The translations under genes were made by a program, and so were the position numbers. A stretch of DNA of 60,000 nt from Mobula hypostoma (taxonomy: Eukaryota): NCBI RefSeq assembly GCF_963921235.1, contig NC_086101.1, positions 4,962,001 to 5,022,000 on the forward strand, given 5' to 3'. Positions 36,401 to 44,954 of the stretch are shown here, piece after piece. Numbering within the stretch: position 1 is the stretch's first letter; each line of letters starts with the position of its first letter. The notes below the pieces were generated by a model that worked only from the letters and a program-made list of their open reading frames with translations, did no database searches and was not told the DNA's origin.

Positions 36401-37826
36401 TGACCCGTTCCCTGGAAATTTCAGCTTCCCACGTTTAACCACTTCCCCTTTGGGAATTTGACGTTGGATGTGGTTCAAGGCCCTTCCCCAGATCGTAGCA
36501 CCTTGCTGTGTCGTTCCCACCCCACCGGTTCCCTAAGGTTGTTATAGCCAGGGCAGGGGGTGTAGTGGGGATAAGATCCCACGACCTATTAAAGGCTGCC
36601 AGTGACGTGCGTCTCAAATTGCCTCTGGCAACCTATTCCAGCTCCTGGCCTTCACGTGTGGCACAGCTACGAAGCCTGGGGGAACAGGTTCTACTGACAG
36701 GAGAAGGGGCAAAGGCAGGTTACAGGCAGTTTAAAACCAATCACTCCATACAGAAATGCTGCAGTTTTCCATCTAAGAGCAGGAGAACTCTGATCTCAAG
36801 CCTCCACTGCCTTGAGGCTATACCCACTCATGCGGAGGGCTTTGGGAGTAAATCCTGAGGGGTGGGGGGGGGTGAGTCCCTAGGGCAGTCCTGTGTTGAG
36901 TTCAACGCTGACGAGCAACTCCTGTGACGCCGCTGGTGCCAAACAATATCGGTCTCTGCCGTTCCCCTGGATTCATCAGCTGCGTGGAGAAAGGGAGCTT
37001 GCTGCGTGGGCAGCAACTTGCTCTCCGTATGGTACTGTCCTGACTTGCGTATCAACTTCAGCGTAGACAACTAGGACGCATCATCCCTGACCAACAGAGT
37101 CTACCCTCCACTGGGTTTACTCTGCCACAAACCCGATCATCTCGATTGAACACCCTAGATTTCAATCCTAGGATTTCCTGCACATCTACAGGGAATAGAA
37201 TAGGCACCAGAGTTAGAGGGGTGTAATGTTGATGTTGGTTAACTGTCATCATCTTGTCTTGAATATTTCCTCCTCCTCTCCTAGTTTCTGTGACACTGAA
37301 CGATGAGACTGCACACCCGAACCTGAAAGTATCTCCTGATCTGACCACTATGAGCCACGCCACGAAACAGGTGATTCCTGCTGAAAGCTGCAAGGAGTTT
37401 GAGTCCATGACAGCGGCGTTGGGAAAGGAAGGATTTAGCTCCGGCAGACACTTTTGGGAGGTGGAAGTGCAAAGCAACTCGGAATGGGACCTGGGAGTAG
37501 CCTTGGACAAGGCAGCGAGACAGGGGGAGATGCCTTTGAATCCACACAATGGATTTTGGACCATTGGATGTCATGAGAAGGAGTTCAGAGTCAACGACAC
37601 CACCGGCGCACAGATCTCCATCAAACCATCCGTCCAGGAGAGGATCCAGAAGATTGGGATATATGTCAACTACAGTGAGGGAAAAGTGCTGTTCTACGTT
37701 ACTGAGACAAACTCTCATCTCCATACGTTTGAAAAGTGCCTTTTCAAGGGGATGATATTCCCCTTCTTCCACCTCCCAAAGCAGGGAGGGTCTCTGAAGA
37801 TTTGTAAAGTTGCTCCTTCAGCATAA
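15431..37826 (+). CDS. Butyrophilin/BTNL-like type I membrane protein (signal peptide-IgV-IgC-TM-coiled coil-B30.2/PRY-SPRY), 11 coding exons, predicted 500 aa
   Basis: Exons 15431-15491, 16947-17291, 18936-19220, 25205-25324, 26173-26199, 28090-28116, 30026-30046, 32706-32726, 35506-35532, 36271-36297, 37285-37826. All have GT..AG boundaries and phase-1 junctions, and they sum to 1503 nt with one open frame ending in TAA. The domain order is diagnostic of butyrophilins; the specific orthologue cannot be assigned by eye. Confidence 0.92.
16120..16709 (+). mobile_element. Rex1/Babar LINE, 5'-truncated, in a BTN intron
   Basis: ORF 16093-16584; flanked by 57-bp direct repeats. Confidence 0.85.
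16947..17291 (+). CDS. BTN-like IgV exon
   Basis: AGLKVTCSPYPILAEVGSQVMLECQ...EIRW...FRGRTQLFKDQFRTGNVSLLLHSVKLSDRGSYNCFV, with the B7/BTN V-set GRT.LF, GNVSL and D.G.Y.C motifs. Acceptor ttgcag, donor A|GTGAGT. Confidence 0.95.
17505..17990 (+). mobile_element. Tc1-like DNA transposon 5' fragment
   Basis: TIR-like cagtggccattttattaggt and decayed transposase start MG..K..L.DFDRGMVIGA. Confidence 0.7.
18936..19220 (+). CDS. BTN-like IgC exon
   Basis: VGEPPSIDLHQYTGNGIKLVCETEQWFPTPKVTW...SYTCQVQN, the typical BTN C-domain pattern L.C...WFP.P.V.W. Acceptor cctgcag, donor G|GTCAGT. Confidence 0.95.
19430..21168 (+). mobile_element. Decayed CR1 LINE with a nested Rex1 3' fragment (about 19557-19803)
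   Basis: LKIDKSPGPDGMQPRVLKE, GSVLGPQLF, WQMEYNVGKC, YCMQFWSP. Confidence 0.85.
21170..25141. repeat. Composite G-rich minisatellite (about 61-bp and 33-bp units) with a 780-bp higher-order duplication
   Basis: Repeating GGAGAGTGGGGACACTCCGTGTCGGGAGGGTCACCTACCAGAGTCTGAGGGACGGAGTGTG; ORF pairs 23137/23917 and 23452/24232 are identical. Confidence 0.95.
25205..25324 (+). CDS. BTN-like transmembrane exon
   Basis: DEFFPWVSTWVTGFVIIFLLLIAVIIGLYFFFQGLQRHIE. Acceptor tttgtttctgcag, donor G|GTAAAA, 120 nt. Not present in the supplied ORF track. Confidence 0.92.
26173..26199 (+). CDS. BTN-like micro-exon 1 (27 nt, GLEKRPTSA)
   Basis: ctccctctttcag | exon | GTAAGC, phase 1-1. Confidence 0.85.
26430..27100 (-). 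mobile_element. CR1 3' fragment containing about 6 tandem copies of a 61-bp unit (26721-27083)
   Basis: DVERMFPILEESRTRGHSLKI; unit CTGTGCCCTCTGGTCCTAGACTCCCCCACTATAGGAAACATCCTCTCCACATCCACTCTAT. Confidence 0.88.
28090..28116 (+). CDS. BTN-like micro-exon 2 (27 nt, EFYELQRQR)
   Basis: Pyrimidine tract then actttag | exon | GTGAGT, phase 1-1. Confidence 0.82.
28462..29158 (-). mobile_element. Rex1/Babar LINE, 5'-truncated, nested in a CR1 (about 28160-29840)
   Basis: ORF 28608-29189 with YKYLG..IDNKLDW; (ATGACT)n tail. Confidence 0.88.
30026..30046 (+). CDS. BTN-like micro-exon 3 (21 nt, DLLQKKL)
   Basis: ttttctttctttttcag | exon | GTAAGT; one heptad. Confidence 0.85.
30410..30670 (+). mobile_element. 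tRNA-derived SINE (V-SINE-like)
   Basis: A-box/B-box-like head (GAGTTCAATTC) and gcgtgtgggtttccaccgggtgctgcggtttcctcccacagtccaaag core; similar pieces at about 18040-18220 and 32510-32625. Confidence 0.6.
31722..32030 (-). mobile_element. Rex1/Babar 3' fragment
   Basis: Near-identical to the 3' end of the other copies. Confidence 0.85.
32706..32726 (+). CDS. BTN-like micro-exon 4 (21 nt, DTLHEDL)
   Basis: tcttttcttgtcag | exon | GTAAGA; one heptad. Confidence 0.85.
   Translation: MRCMRI
32978..33010 (+). ncRNA. Hammerhead motif with intact core but replaced 5' arm of stem I
   Basis: CTGACGA A GGGT-CTCG-GCCC GAAAC GTC GACTG, followed by the Penelope terminal repeat to about 33105. Confidence 0.65.
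33552..35280 (+). mobile_element. Decayed CR1 LINE (same subfamily as 19430-21168)
   Basis: KSPGPDGM.PRILKE, GNYRQLSLTS, QHGFSKGRSC, YCVQFWSP. Confidence 0.88.
34463..34502 (+). ncRNA. Minimal hammerhead ribozyme motif inside a 94-bp insertion
   Basis: TCAGTC CTGATGA AGGATTCCGGCCC GAAAC GTC GACTGA; one mismatch in stem II. Confidence 0.7.
35506..35532 (+). CDS. BTN-like micro-exon 5 (27 nt, GKIRVLPKV)
   Basis: tattatctttcag | exon | GTAAGT, phase 1-1. Confidence 0.8.
36271..36297 (+). CDS. BTN-like micro-exon 6 (27 nt, AITRIKRVA), the pre-B30.2 linker exon
   Basis: T-tract then gactttcag | exon | GTAAGA; joins in frame to V-SVTL. Confidence 0.85.
36535..37100 (+). mobile_element. Interspersed repeat, probably a LINE (RTE-like) 5' region; related copies at about 27810-28000 (+) and 27115-27670 (-)
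   Basis: Shared gcgtctcaaat.gcctctg.caacc...cagctcctggccttcacgtgtggc and ctggtgccaaac blocks; family assignment is tentative. Confidence 0.5.
37285..37826 (+). CDS. BTN-like terminal exon: B30.2/PRY-SPRY domain
   Basis: VTLNDETAHPNLKVS...LGKEGFSSGRHFWEVEV...WDLGVA...GFWTI...KIGIYVNYSEGKVLFY...HLHTF...PFF; TAA at 37824-37826. Confidence 0.96.
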
Positions 37827-38804
37827 AGAATTCGTGTCACTTGGGCATCCCATGCCAACCCATCAGATGCTGTTATGTCCTGTTTATGAGAACCAGTATC
37901 TATGGCCAGCAACATTCTGGTCTCTCCCACACTCTCCAGTGCCAACGTCATTATCTTATGGTGCAACTGCCTTGTTGACCAACCAAGCCATCTGCATCCT
38001 TGACTCCAAATTTTGGGCACTGGCTGGACACCCTGACTTGCTGTGCCTGCCCGCCCGCCCCCAGCATCTTGTGCCTTCTCTGATCTCCTTCACTCTGTCT
38101 GCCCCAAGAGGCAGGCTCTCAGGTGGCTTCCCATTTCAATCCGACTTTCTGTTCCTGTCTTGTACTCCTCCCCTCTCTCACCTCATCTTATTCTGTCTTC
38201 TTCCCCCTTCCTTTCTGGCCCTGATGATGGGTCTTGGTCTGAAATGTCAGCAGTTTATGCTCTCCATAAACCGTGCCTGACCTGCTGAGTTCCTCCCAGA
38301 ACATCAGAGTTAGTTACCGTTCTGTTAGTTGGTCACTGCTGGCAGTCAGGGCAGCAGTGAAGATTCTCCATCTCTCCCTGTCCTTGGCCGTCCTCTCTAA
38401 TGTGCCCCAGGTGTGGTTCACGGTCCTCTCTTCAGCCTGTATGGTACGGTACCAAGTTGTCCTTGGTCCACCCTTCAGGGGTCAAATGAAGCTTGACCTC
38501 TGACGGTGTTCAGGGCTTCCTTCATCGTGGCAGTAGCTTTCCTTAGTTTTCACTACTGCCAGTCATGCATATCCTGGGTAGAGACTCAGGAATACCGTTG
38601 CACACTGATCCAGGATTCTTCATTGCTGTTTCCATCACAAGGATACAAGGATACTCCCTACTGCTCATCTGTACAGTTTCTGTACCAAGCAGTGATGCAG
38701 CGTGTTGGGATGCTCGCTGCTGCTCATCTGTAGAAGGATATGACTATAGATGTGTGAAAACAAACCAGAGACCTGTAGGTTTCCTCCCAGTTTCCTCCCA
38801 CATT

Positions 38805-39790
38805 CCAAAGGCTTCCCTTCCGCCACCATCAACGCTGCCCTCAACTGCATCTCTTCCATTTTGCGCACGTCTGCCCTCGCCCCATCCTCCTGCCACCCCA
38901 CCAGGGATAACGTAACTCCTGTCCTCACCTACCGTCCTCCGCGCCCAGCGCATTGTTCTCTGTAACTTACACCACCTCCAACGGAATCCCGCCACCAAGC
39001 ACCCCTTAAACCCGCTTCTGCTTTGCGCAGGGATTGTTCCCTACGCGACTCCCTTGTCCACTCGTCCCTCCTCACTGATCTCCATCTTGGCACTCACCCT
39101 TGCAAGCGGAACAAGTGCTTCACCTGCCTCTACACCTCCTCCCTCACTACCGTCCAGGGCCCTAAACCGTCCTTCTGGGTGAGGTGACGCTTCACCTGTG
39201 AGACTATTGGGTTGATCTATTGTATCCAGTGCTCCCAGTGTGGTCTTTTGTATATTGGTGCAACCCGACGTAGATTGGAAAACTGTCGAGCACCTACCAG
39301 AAGAAGCAGGACCTCCCAGTGTCCGCCTATTTTAATTCCACTTCCCGTTCCCATTCCAACATGTCATGATGAGGCCACGCTCAGGTTGGAGGAGCTAGGC
39401 ATGAACATTGATTTCTCAAAGCCCTCCCCCATTCCCATGTCCCTTTCTCACCTTAACTCCTTGCCTGCCCATCACCTCCCTCTGGCGCTCCTCCCACCTT
39501 TTCTTCACCAATCAACTTCCCAGCTCTTTACTTCACCCCCTTCCCCTCCCGGTTTCATCTATCACCTTGTGTTTCTCTCTCTCTATCTCTCTCTCTCTCT
39601 ATCTCTCTATCTATTTCTCTCGGTCTCTCTATCTCTCTCTCTCTCTCTCTCTCTCCACATTCTTACTCTTGATTCCTTTTCCCTCTAGTCCTGCTGAAGG
39701 GTCTCGGCCTGAAACGTCGACCGTACTCTTTTTTTTCTGTAGATGCTGCCTGGCCTGCTGAGTTTCTCCAGCGTTTTGTGTGCGTTGTTT
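38805..39790 (+). mobile_element. Penelope-like element fragment with GIY-YIG endonuclease remnant
   Basis: FTCETIGLIYCIQCSQCGLLYIGATRRRL, then GMNIDF; terminal repeat with hammerhead-like motif at 39686-39723 (core mutated to CTGCTGA). Confidence 0.85.
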
Positions 39791-39872
39791 GGACATGCAA
39801 AGTCCAGCTCTCTTCAGATGGATTGTGCTTTTCGCAATTTCTAAACTGTGAAATTACAGCTGTTATATTGTG

Positions 39873-39878
39873 AATAAA
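39873..39878 (+). other. Candidate polyadenylation signal of the BTN-like gene
   Basis: AATAAA in unique AT-rich sequence about 2 kb after the stop codon; no transcript support. Confidence 0.3.
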
Positions 39879-40169
39879 CATAATACCCAGTTGATGAGTG
39901 GTAATCATTTATTCAAGTTTTGTGGTAAGCACACTTCTGACTGGATGATGGAGTGTTTATAGAGGGTGGAGGCACTGGAGCTCTGTCACCCCACCCTGTT
40001 CAACAGCAGGGCAATAGCTGGGTGCTCCTGCAATGGTTCTGCACCCACCTTAACGCTCCCCACTCTCTCTGCTATTATCCCTCATTCAGTCTGGACCGAA
40101 AACATCTCCGACTCCTTCATATCCGCAGGTGCTGCCTGACCAGCTGAATCTTTCCGCCAGATCCGACCG

Positions 40170-41035
40170 AGGTGGACAAAATGCTGAGGGGGATATAGAC
40201 AGGATAAATGCAAGCAAGCTTCTCACCAATCCTTCAGATTGCAGCCCCTGCCATTGATCTCGGCGGCTCCAACACCTCAGGGCATATTCAAAACCCGGAC
40301 CAGCAACGACCATGGACACATTCACAGCGATTGCACAACCACCAACTGCGACTCCAGCCTTGAACTCCAGGCCGGGTCTTTATGTGCTGCTATTGTGACT
40401 CCCGTCTCCCCTTCCCCCACCACCACTCTGCAACCCCGTCTCCCTCAGATCCCACCGTCAACTCCTGGGCCCTCAGAGGCTCCATCTTCCTCTCACCCCA
40501 ACCCTCCCCTCTCCACTGACACCCCCAGCCTCCCCCCTCCCCGCTCTGATCCCAGCTCTCATCCATGCCGGGTCTTTACCATCCCCTCCAACCTTCAACT
40601 GTCTGAGGCAGAACGCTCTGTCCTCAGTAAGGGCCTCATCTTTGTCCCCCTTCGCCCACACTTCGCTGTGACGCGGAACTGTTCTTCCTCCGTCTCCGAG
40701 CCTACTTCTTCGGCAAGGACTCTTCCACCCCCACCAATGACCCCTTCTCCCGTCTTCAACCCTCCTCCTCTTCATGGACACCCCGCTCTGGTCTTCTGCC
40801 TGCTCTGGATCTCTTTATTGCTAACTGCCGACGGGACATCAACCGTCTCGACTTCACCGCACCTTGTCCCCATTCCAACCTCGCTCCTTCAGAACGCTCT
40901 GCTCTCCACTCCCTCCGCACTAATCCTAACAAAAGAGTCCTGACGAAGGGTCTCAGCCTGAAACATCGACTGTACCTCCTCCTAGAGATGCTGCCTGGCC
41001 TGCTGCGTCCACCAGCAACTTTGATGTGTGTTGCT
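40170..41035 (+). mobile_element. Internally deleted Penelope-like element (ORF N-terminal part joined directly to the terminal repeat)
   Basis: VFTIPSNLQLSEAERSVLSKGLIFVP (PLE LSKGLxFxP motif), then the hammerhead-bearing terminal repeat. Confidence 0.75.
40936..40972 (+). ncRNA. Hammerhead motif at the end of a Penelope-like fragment
   Basis: AGTC CTGACGA AGGGTCTCAGCCT GAAAC ATC GACT. Confidence 0.55.
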
Positions 41036-42329
41036 TCTCCCACCTAGGTTGGGTGAGACTAGAACTGGAGGTCATGGGTTAAGGTTGAAAGGTGAAGTCG
41101 GTAAGGGGTTGCTGAGGAGGAACCTGTTCACTCAGAGGGTGGTGAGACGTGGAGTGAGTTCCAGTGGAGGGGGTGGTTGCATGTTTTAATGTAAAGTCTG
41201 ACGGGTACATGGATGGGAGGGCTGTGGTCTGGGTGCAGACCATTGGGACGAGGTGGGTCAAAGGACTTGGTTCAGTGCTGAGGTGCTCTGAGTTCTGATG
41301 GTTAGAGTTGCAGGTGCGGGTTTGCATAGCAAGGCCAACATTAACTGGCTGTCCATGAGAGGGTGGGAGTGAGAGTCTGCAGAATCTTCCCCTACCTCAA
41401 AATATCTATAACCTACTGAACGTTGAAAAGGCTGGAGAGGGTGGATGTGGAGAGGATGTTTCCTCGGGTAGGCGTATCCAGAACTAGAGGGGACAGCCTC
41501 GAATTTGAGGGGTGACCTTTTAGAACAGAGGTAAGGACCTTTTTTTTTAGCCAGAGAGTAGTGAATCTGTGGAATGCTCTGCCACAGACTGTGGTGGAGG
41601 CCAAGTCGGTATATTTAAGGCTGATGAAGTTGATCATTTGCTGATCAGTCAGGGCATCAAAGGGTGGGTGTGTGGGGTTGAGTGGCATCCAGGATCAGCC
41701 ATGATGGAACAGTAGAGCAAACTTGATGGGCTGAATGGCTTAATTCTGCCCCTGTGTCTTATGGTCTAGTGCATTGTTTTTATACTCGAAAGGACAGGTC
41801 TGTCAGCGGTTTTTGAATCATTATCAATAATTAAGATAGAGTTGGTGCAATCAGCAGGAAATGCAATGTTAGCATTCATTTTCAGAGGATTAGAATACAG
41901 AAGCAAGAATGTGGCACTGAGGCTTTATATGGCTCTGGTCGGAGCGCGCCTGGAGTATTGTGAGCAGTTTGTCTAAGAAAGGAAGTGCTCACTCCCTCTC
42001 TGGGGGATCAGAGGAAGTTCACGGGAATGAAGGGTGAGTTTTTGAGAAGCGTTTGATGATGCTAGGCCTGGGGAGGATCTCATTTAAACCTATCAAATAT
42101 TGAAAGGCCTAGATAGAGTGGACGTGGAGAGGATGTTTCCTGTAATGGGGGAGTGTAGGACTAGAGGGCACAGCCTCAGAATAGAGGAACATCTCTTGAG
42201 AACAGAGATGAGGAACAATTTATTTAGCCGGGGTTGGTGACTCTGTGGAATTCATTGCCACAGAAGGCTGTGGAGTCTGTGTCACTGGATATATTTAAAG
42301 TGGAGGTTGATAGATTCTTGATAGATACT

Positions 42330-42869
42330 TTATGGTATACAGACAACCCACCCTGCAAAAACTCATTTCAGGGAAGTAGCACCATCAATTTGCAGGAGAC
42401 TCCCGGAACTTCCGGGAGAGGTGGGATGTCTGCAATAGAGTAGCTCCTTAGCAGCCAGCCAGCTAGTTTAAATAATATTAGCTACGCTAATGAACGAATG
42501 ACGCCTGTTAAACTCACCTCAACATGTCTTTTACATTTTAACCCACCATGGGCAATAGAAAAGTCACTGTTGCAAACAGTGCAGCGAGCAACACTGTCAT
42601 TATTTTGACCCTTATTGGGCAGGGGTACACTTTAGTGTAGTCTGGGGTGAAGTACGTTTTATATTTTCTTTTTTTGGAACACTCTGCCACTCTGATTTGG
42701 AACTCTCTCGCTCGTGGCCACTCTCACTTGCTTGCTTTCTCGCTTTTGCTCTCGCTCTCTCTCGCCAAACAATTGATTTCCGTGATATTGTATATAATTT
42801 GCGGGCATCAGGGAGCCACTATTTATAAGTGGGAGACTCCCAGAACTTCCGGGAGAGGTGGGATGTCTG
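42330..42869. mobile_element. Probable non-autonomous DNA transposon fragment(s), hAT-like termini
   Basis: GGAGACTCCCGGAACTTCCGGGAGAGGTGGGATGTCTG occurs twice in direct orientation (ending 42432 and 42869). Confidence 0.45.
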
Positions 42870-43713
42870 GGTATAATATTTTGAATGGGAAATGGAAGAC
42901 TCGCAGCGGGATCTGGACCAGGTGGGGAAAAATGGGCTGAAAGTTGGCAGATTGAATTCAATGCAGACAAGTGCGAGGTGTCGCACTTTGGGGGGACAAA
43001 CCAGAGCAGGTCTCACACGGTGAAGTTCTGAGGAGTGCGGTAGAACAGAGGGCTCTGGGAATAGAGTCTGGGAGTTACGTTGCTGCTTGTGAGAACTCCA
43101 GTCAGGCGGCAAGTGAACTATTGCACTCTGTTCTGGTCCGTGTGGTTCAGCAAGGTTGTGCAGGCTTCAGAAAGCGAACAGAAGGGGCTCACCAGGATGC
43201 TGTCTGATTTACAGAATACGTGTTATATGGACAGGTTGGACAAAGTTGGTTGCTTTCTCTGGACTGGTGGAGGCTGAGGGAAGATCTGAGAGATTTACTT
43301 TTTTAAACTTCATTCATAATGAAAACATCTTTACAAGGGTAAACTGCAACATTTATTAATTCCTAGATTCAGGGACAAAATGTTATGTAGGGTTCAATAA
43401 AGTGTTATATAGAGTTCAATTATATTTAAAATAATAACACTGTTGCCAGAGGTTTGTAAGATTGCGAGAAGCATGGATAGAGAGAGAAAGCATCTCATAA
43501 TCTTATTCCCTGGACTGAAATGCCTAATACCAGAGAGCATGCATTTCAGAAACAACTTCTTCCCCTCCACCATCAGATATCTGAATCGATTCTATTGTGT
43601 TTACTGGGAATGCCCGCAAGAATATGAATCTAGGGGGTGGTATATTGTGACATGTATGTACTTTGAATTTTGGTAGAGGCAGGTGCGATCGGGCTCTTAG
43701 ACGTCCGGCGATG

Positions 43714-44518
43714 TCATAGTCATAGTTTATTGATCCCGGGGGAAATTGGTTTTCATTACAGTTGCACCATAAATAGTAATAAAACCATAAATAGTTAAAT
43801 AGTAATATGTAAATTATACCAGTAAATTATGAAATAAGTCCAGGACCCGCCGATCGGCTCAGGGTGTCTGACCCTCCAAGGGAGGAGTTGTAAAGTTTGA
43901 TGGCCACAGGCAGGAATGACTTCCTATGACGCTCTGTGTTGCATCTCGGTGGAATGAGTCTCTGGCTAAATGTACTCCTGTGCCCAACCAGTACATTATG
44001 TAGTGGATGGGAGACATTGTCCAAGATGGCATGCAACTTGGACAGCATCCTCTTTTCAGACACCACCGTCAGAGAGTCCAGTTCCATCCCCACAACATCA
44101 CTGGCCTTACGAATCAGTTTGTTGATTCTGTTGGTGTCTGCCACCCTCAGCCTGCTGCCCCAACACACAACAGCAAACATGATAGCACTGGCCACCACAG
44201 ACTCGTAGAACATCCTCAGATGTTAAAGGACCTCCGTCTCCTTAGGAAATAGAGACGGCTCTGACCCTTCTTATAGACAGCCTCAGTGTTCTTTGACCAG
44301 TCCAGTTTATTGTCAATTTGTATCCCCAGGTATTTGTAATCCTCCACCATGTCCACACTGACCCCCTGGATGGAAACAGGGGACACCGGTACCTTGGCTC
44401 TCCTCAGGTCTACCACCAGCTCCTTAGTCTTTTTCACATTAAACTGCAGATAATTATGCTCACACCATGTGACAAAGTTTCCTACCGTAGCCCTATACTC
44501 AGCCTTATCTCCCTTGCT
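43714..44518 (-). mobile_element. Rex1/Babar LINE inserted just upstream of the second promoter copy
   Basis: ORFs 43827-44213 and 44216-44437; empty site CCGGCGATGGAGAC present at about 12118-12131; GATG on both sides. Confidence 0.9.
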
Positions 44519-44519
44519 G

Positions 44520-44946
44520 ATGGAGACAAATATCGCGTAGACAGAAGGGAATACTTTACTCGGGTGTTTGCCCTTCGCCCTGTTGTAAATAAGATGAATT
44601 TGCAGGACTGTTTCGGGACATTATGGGTGCGATGCGCACCCACTCTCCGTTCATGTGCTGCTGACAATCCCTTTAAGACGCCGCTCCCTTCCGCTGTAAA
44701 ATTTGGCCGACGTTTCAAACCAGGCAAAAGTGAAACTGATCGCCCGTCTCAATTCCCGAAGCCTGAGCGGCTGTCCCACCGGGGGAAGTGAATGGGGCGA
44801 GCGGCGCCGTGGTGAGGCCGGCGGTGGAGCGGGTGAGTGGGAGAAGGGGGACTCGGGGTCGCTCCGAGAGCGCTCGGGGCCGCGATCCGCCATCCGCTTC
44901 TGTTGCGCCCGGCCCAGCGCCTGAAATACACGGCAGGGCGGCGCCT
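44520..44946 (+). promoter_or_regulatory. Second copy of the BTN promoter/exon-1 block (IRF motif 44726-44737, donor 44833)
   Basis: Matches 12124-12550 at offset 32396; the ORF track gives the same translations at both sites. Confidence 0.8.
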
Positions 44947-44954
44947 TCAGCAAC

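Larger units (their letters stand above)
42895..44946 (+). repeat. Local segmental duplication of about 9700-12550
   Basis: Collinear match through the same old CR1 fragment, spacer sequence and CpG island, interrupted by copy-specific insertions. Confidence 0.9.
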
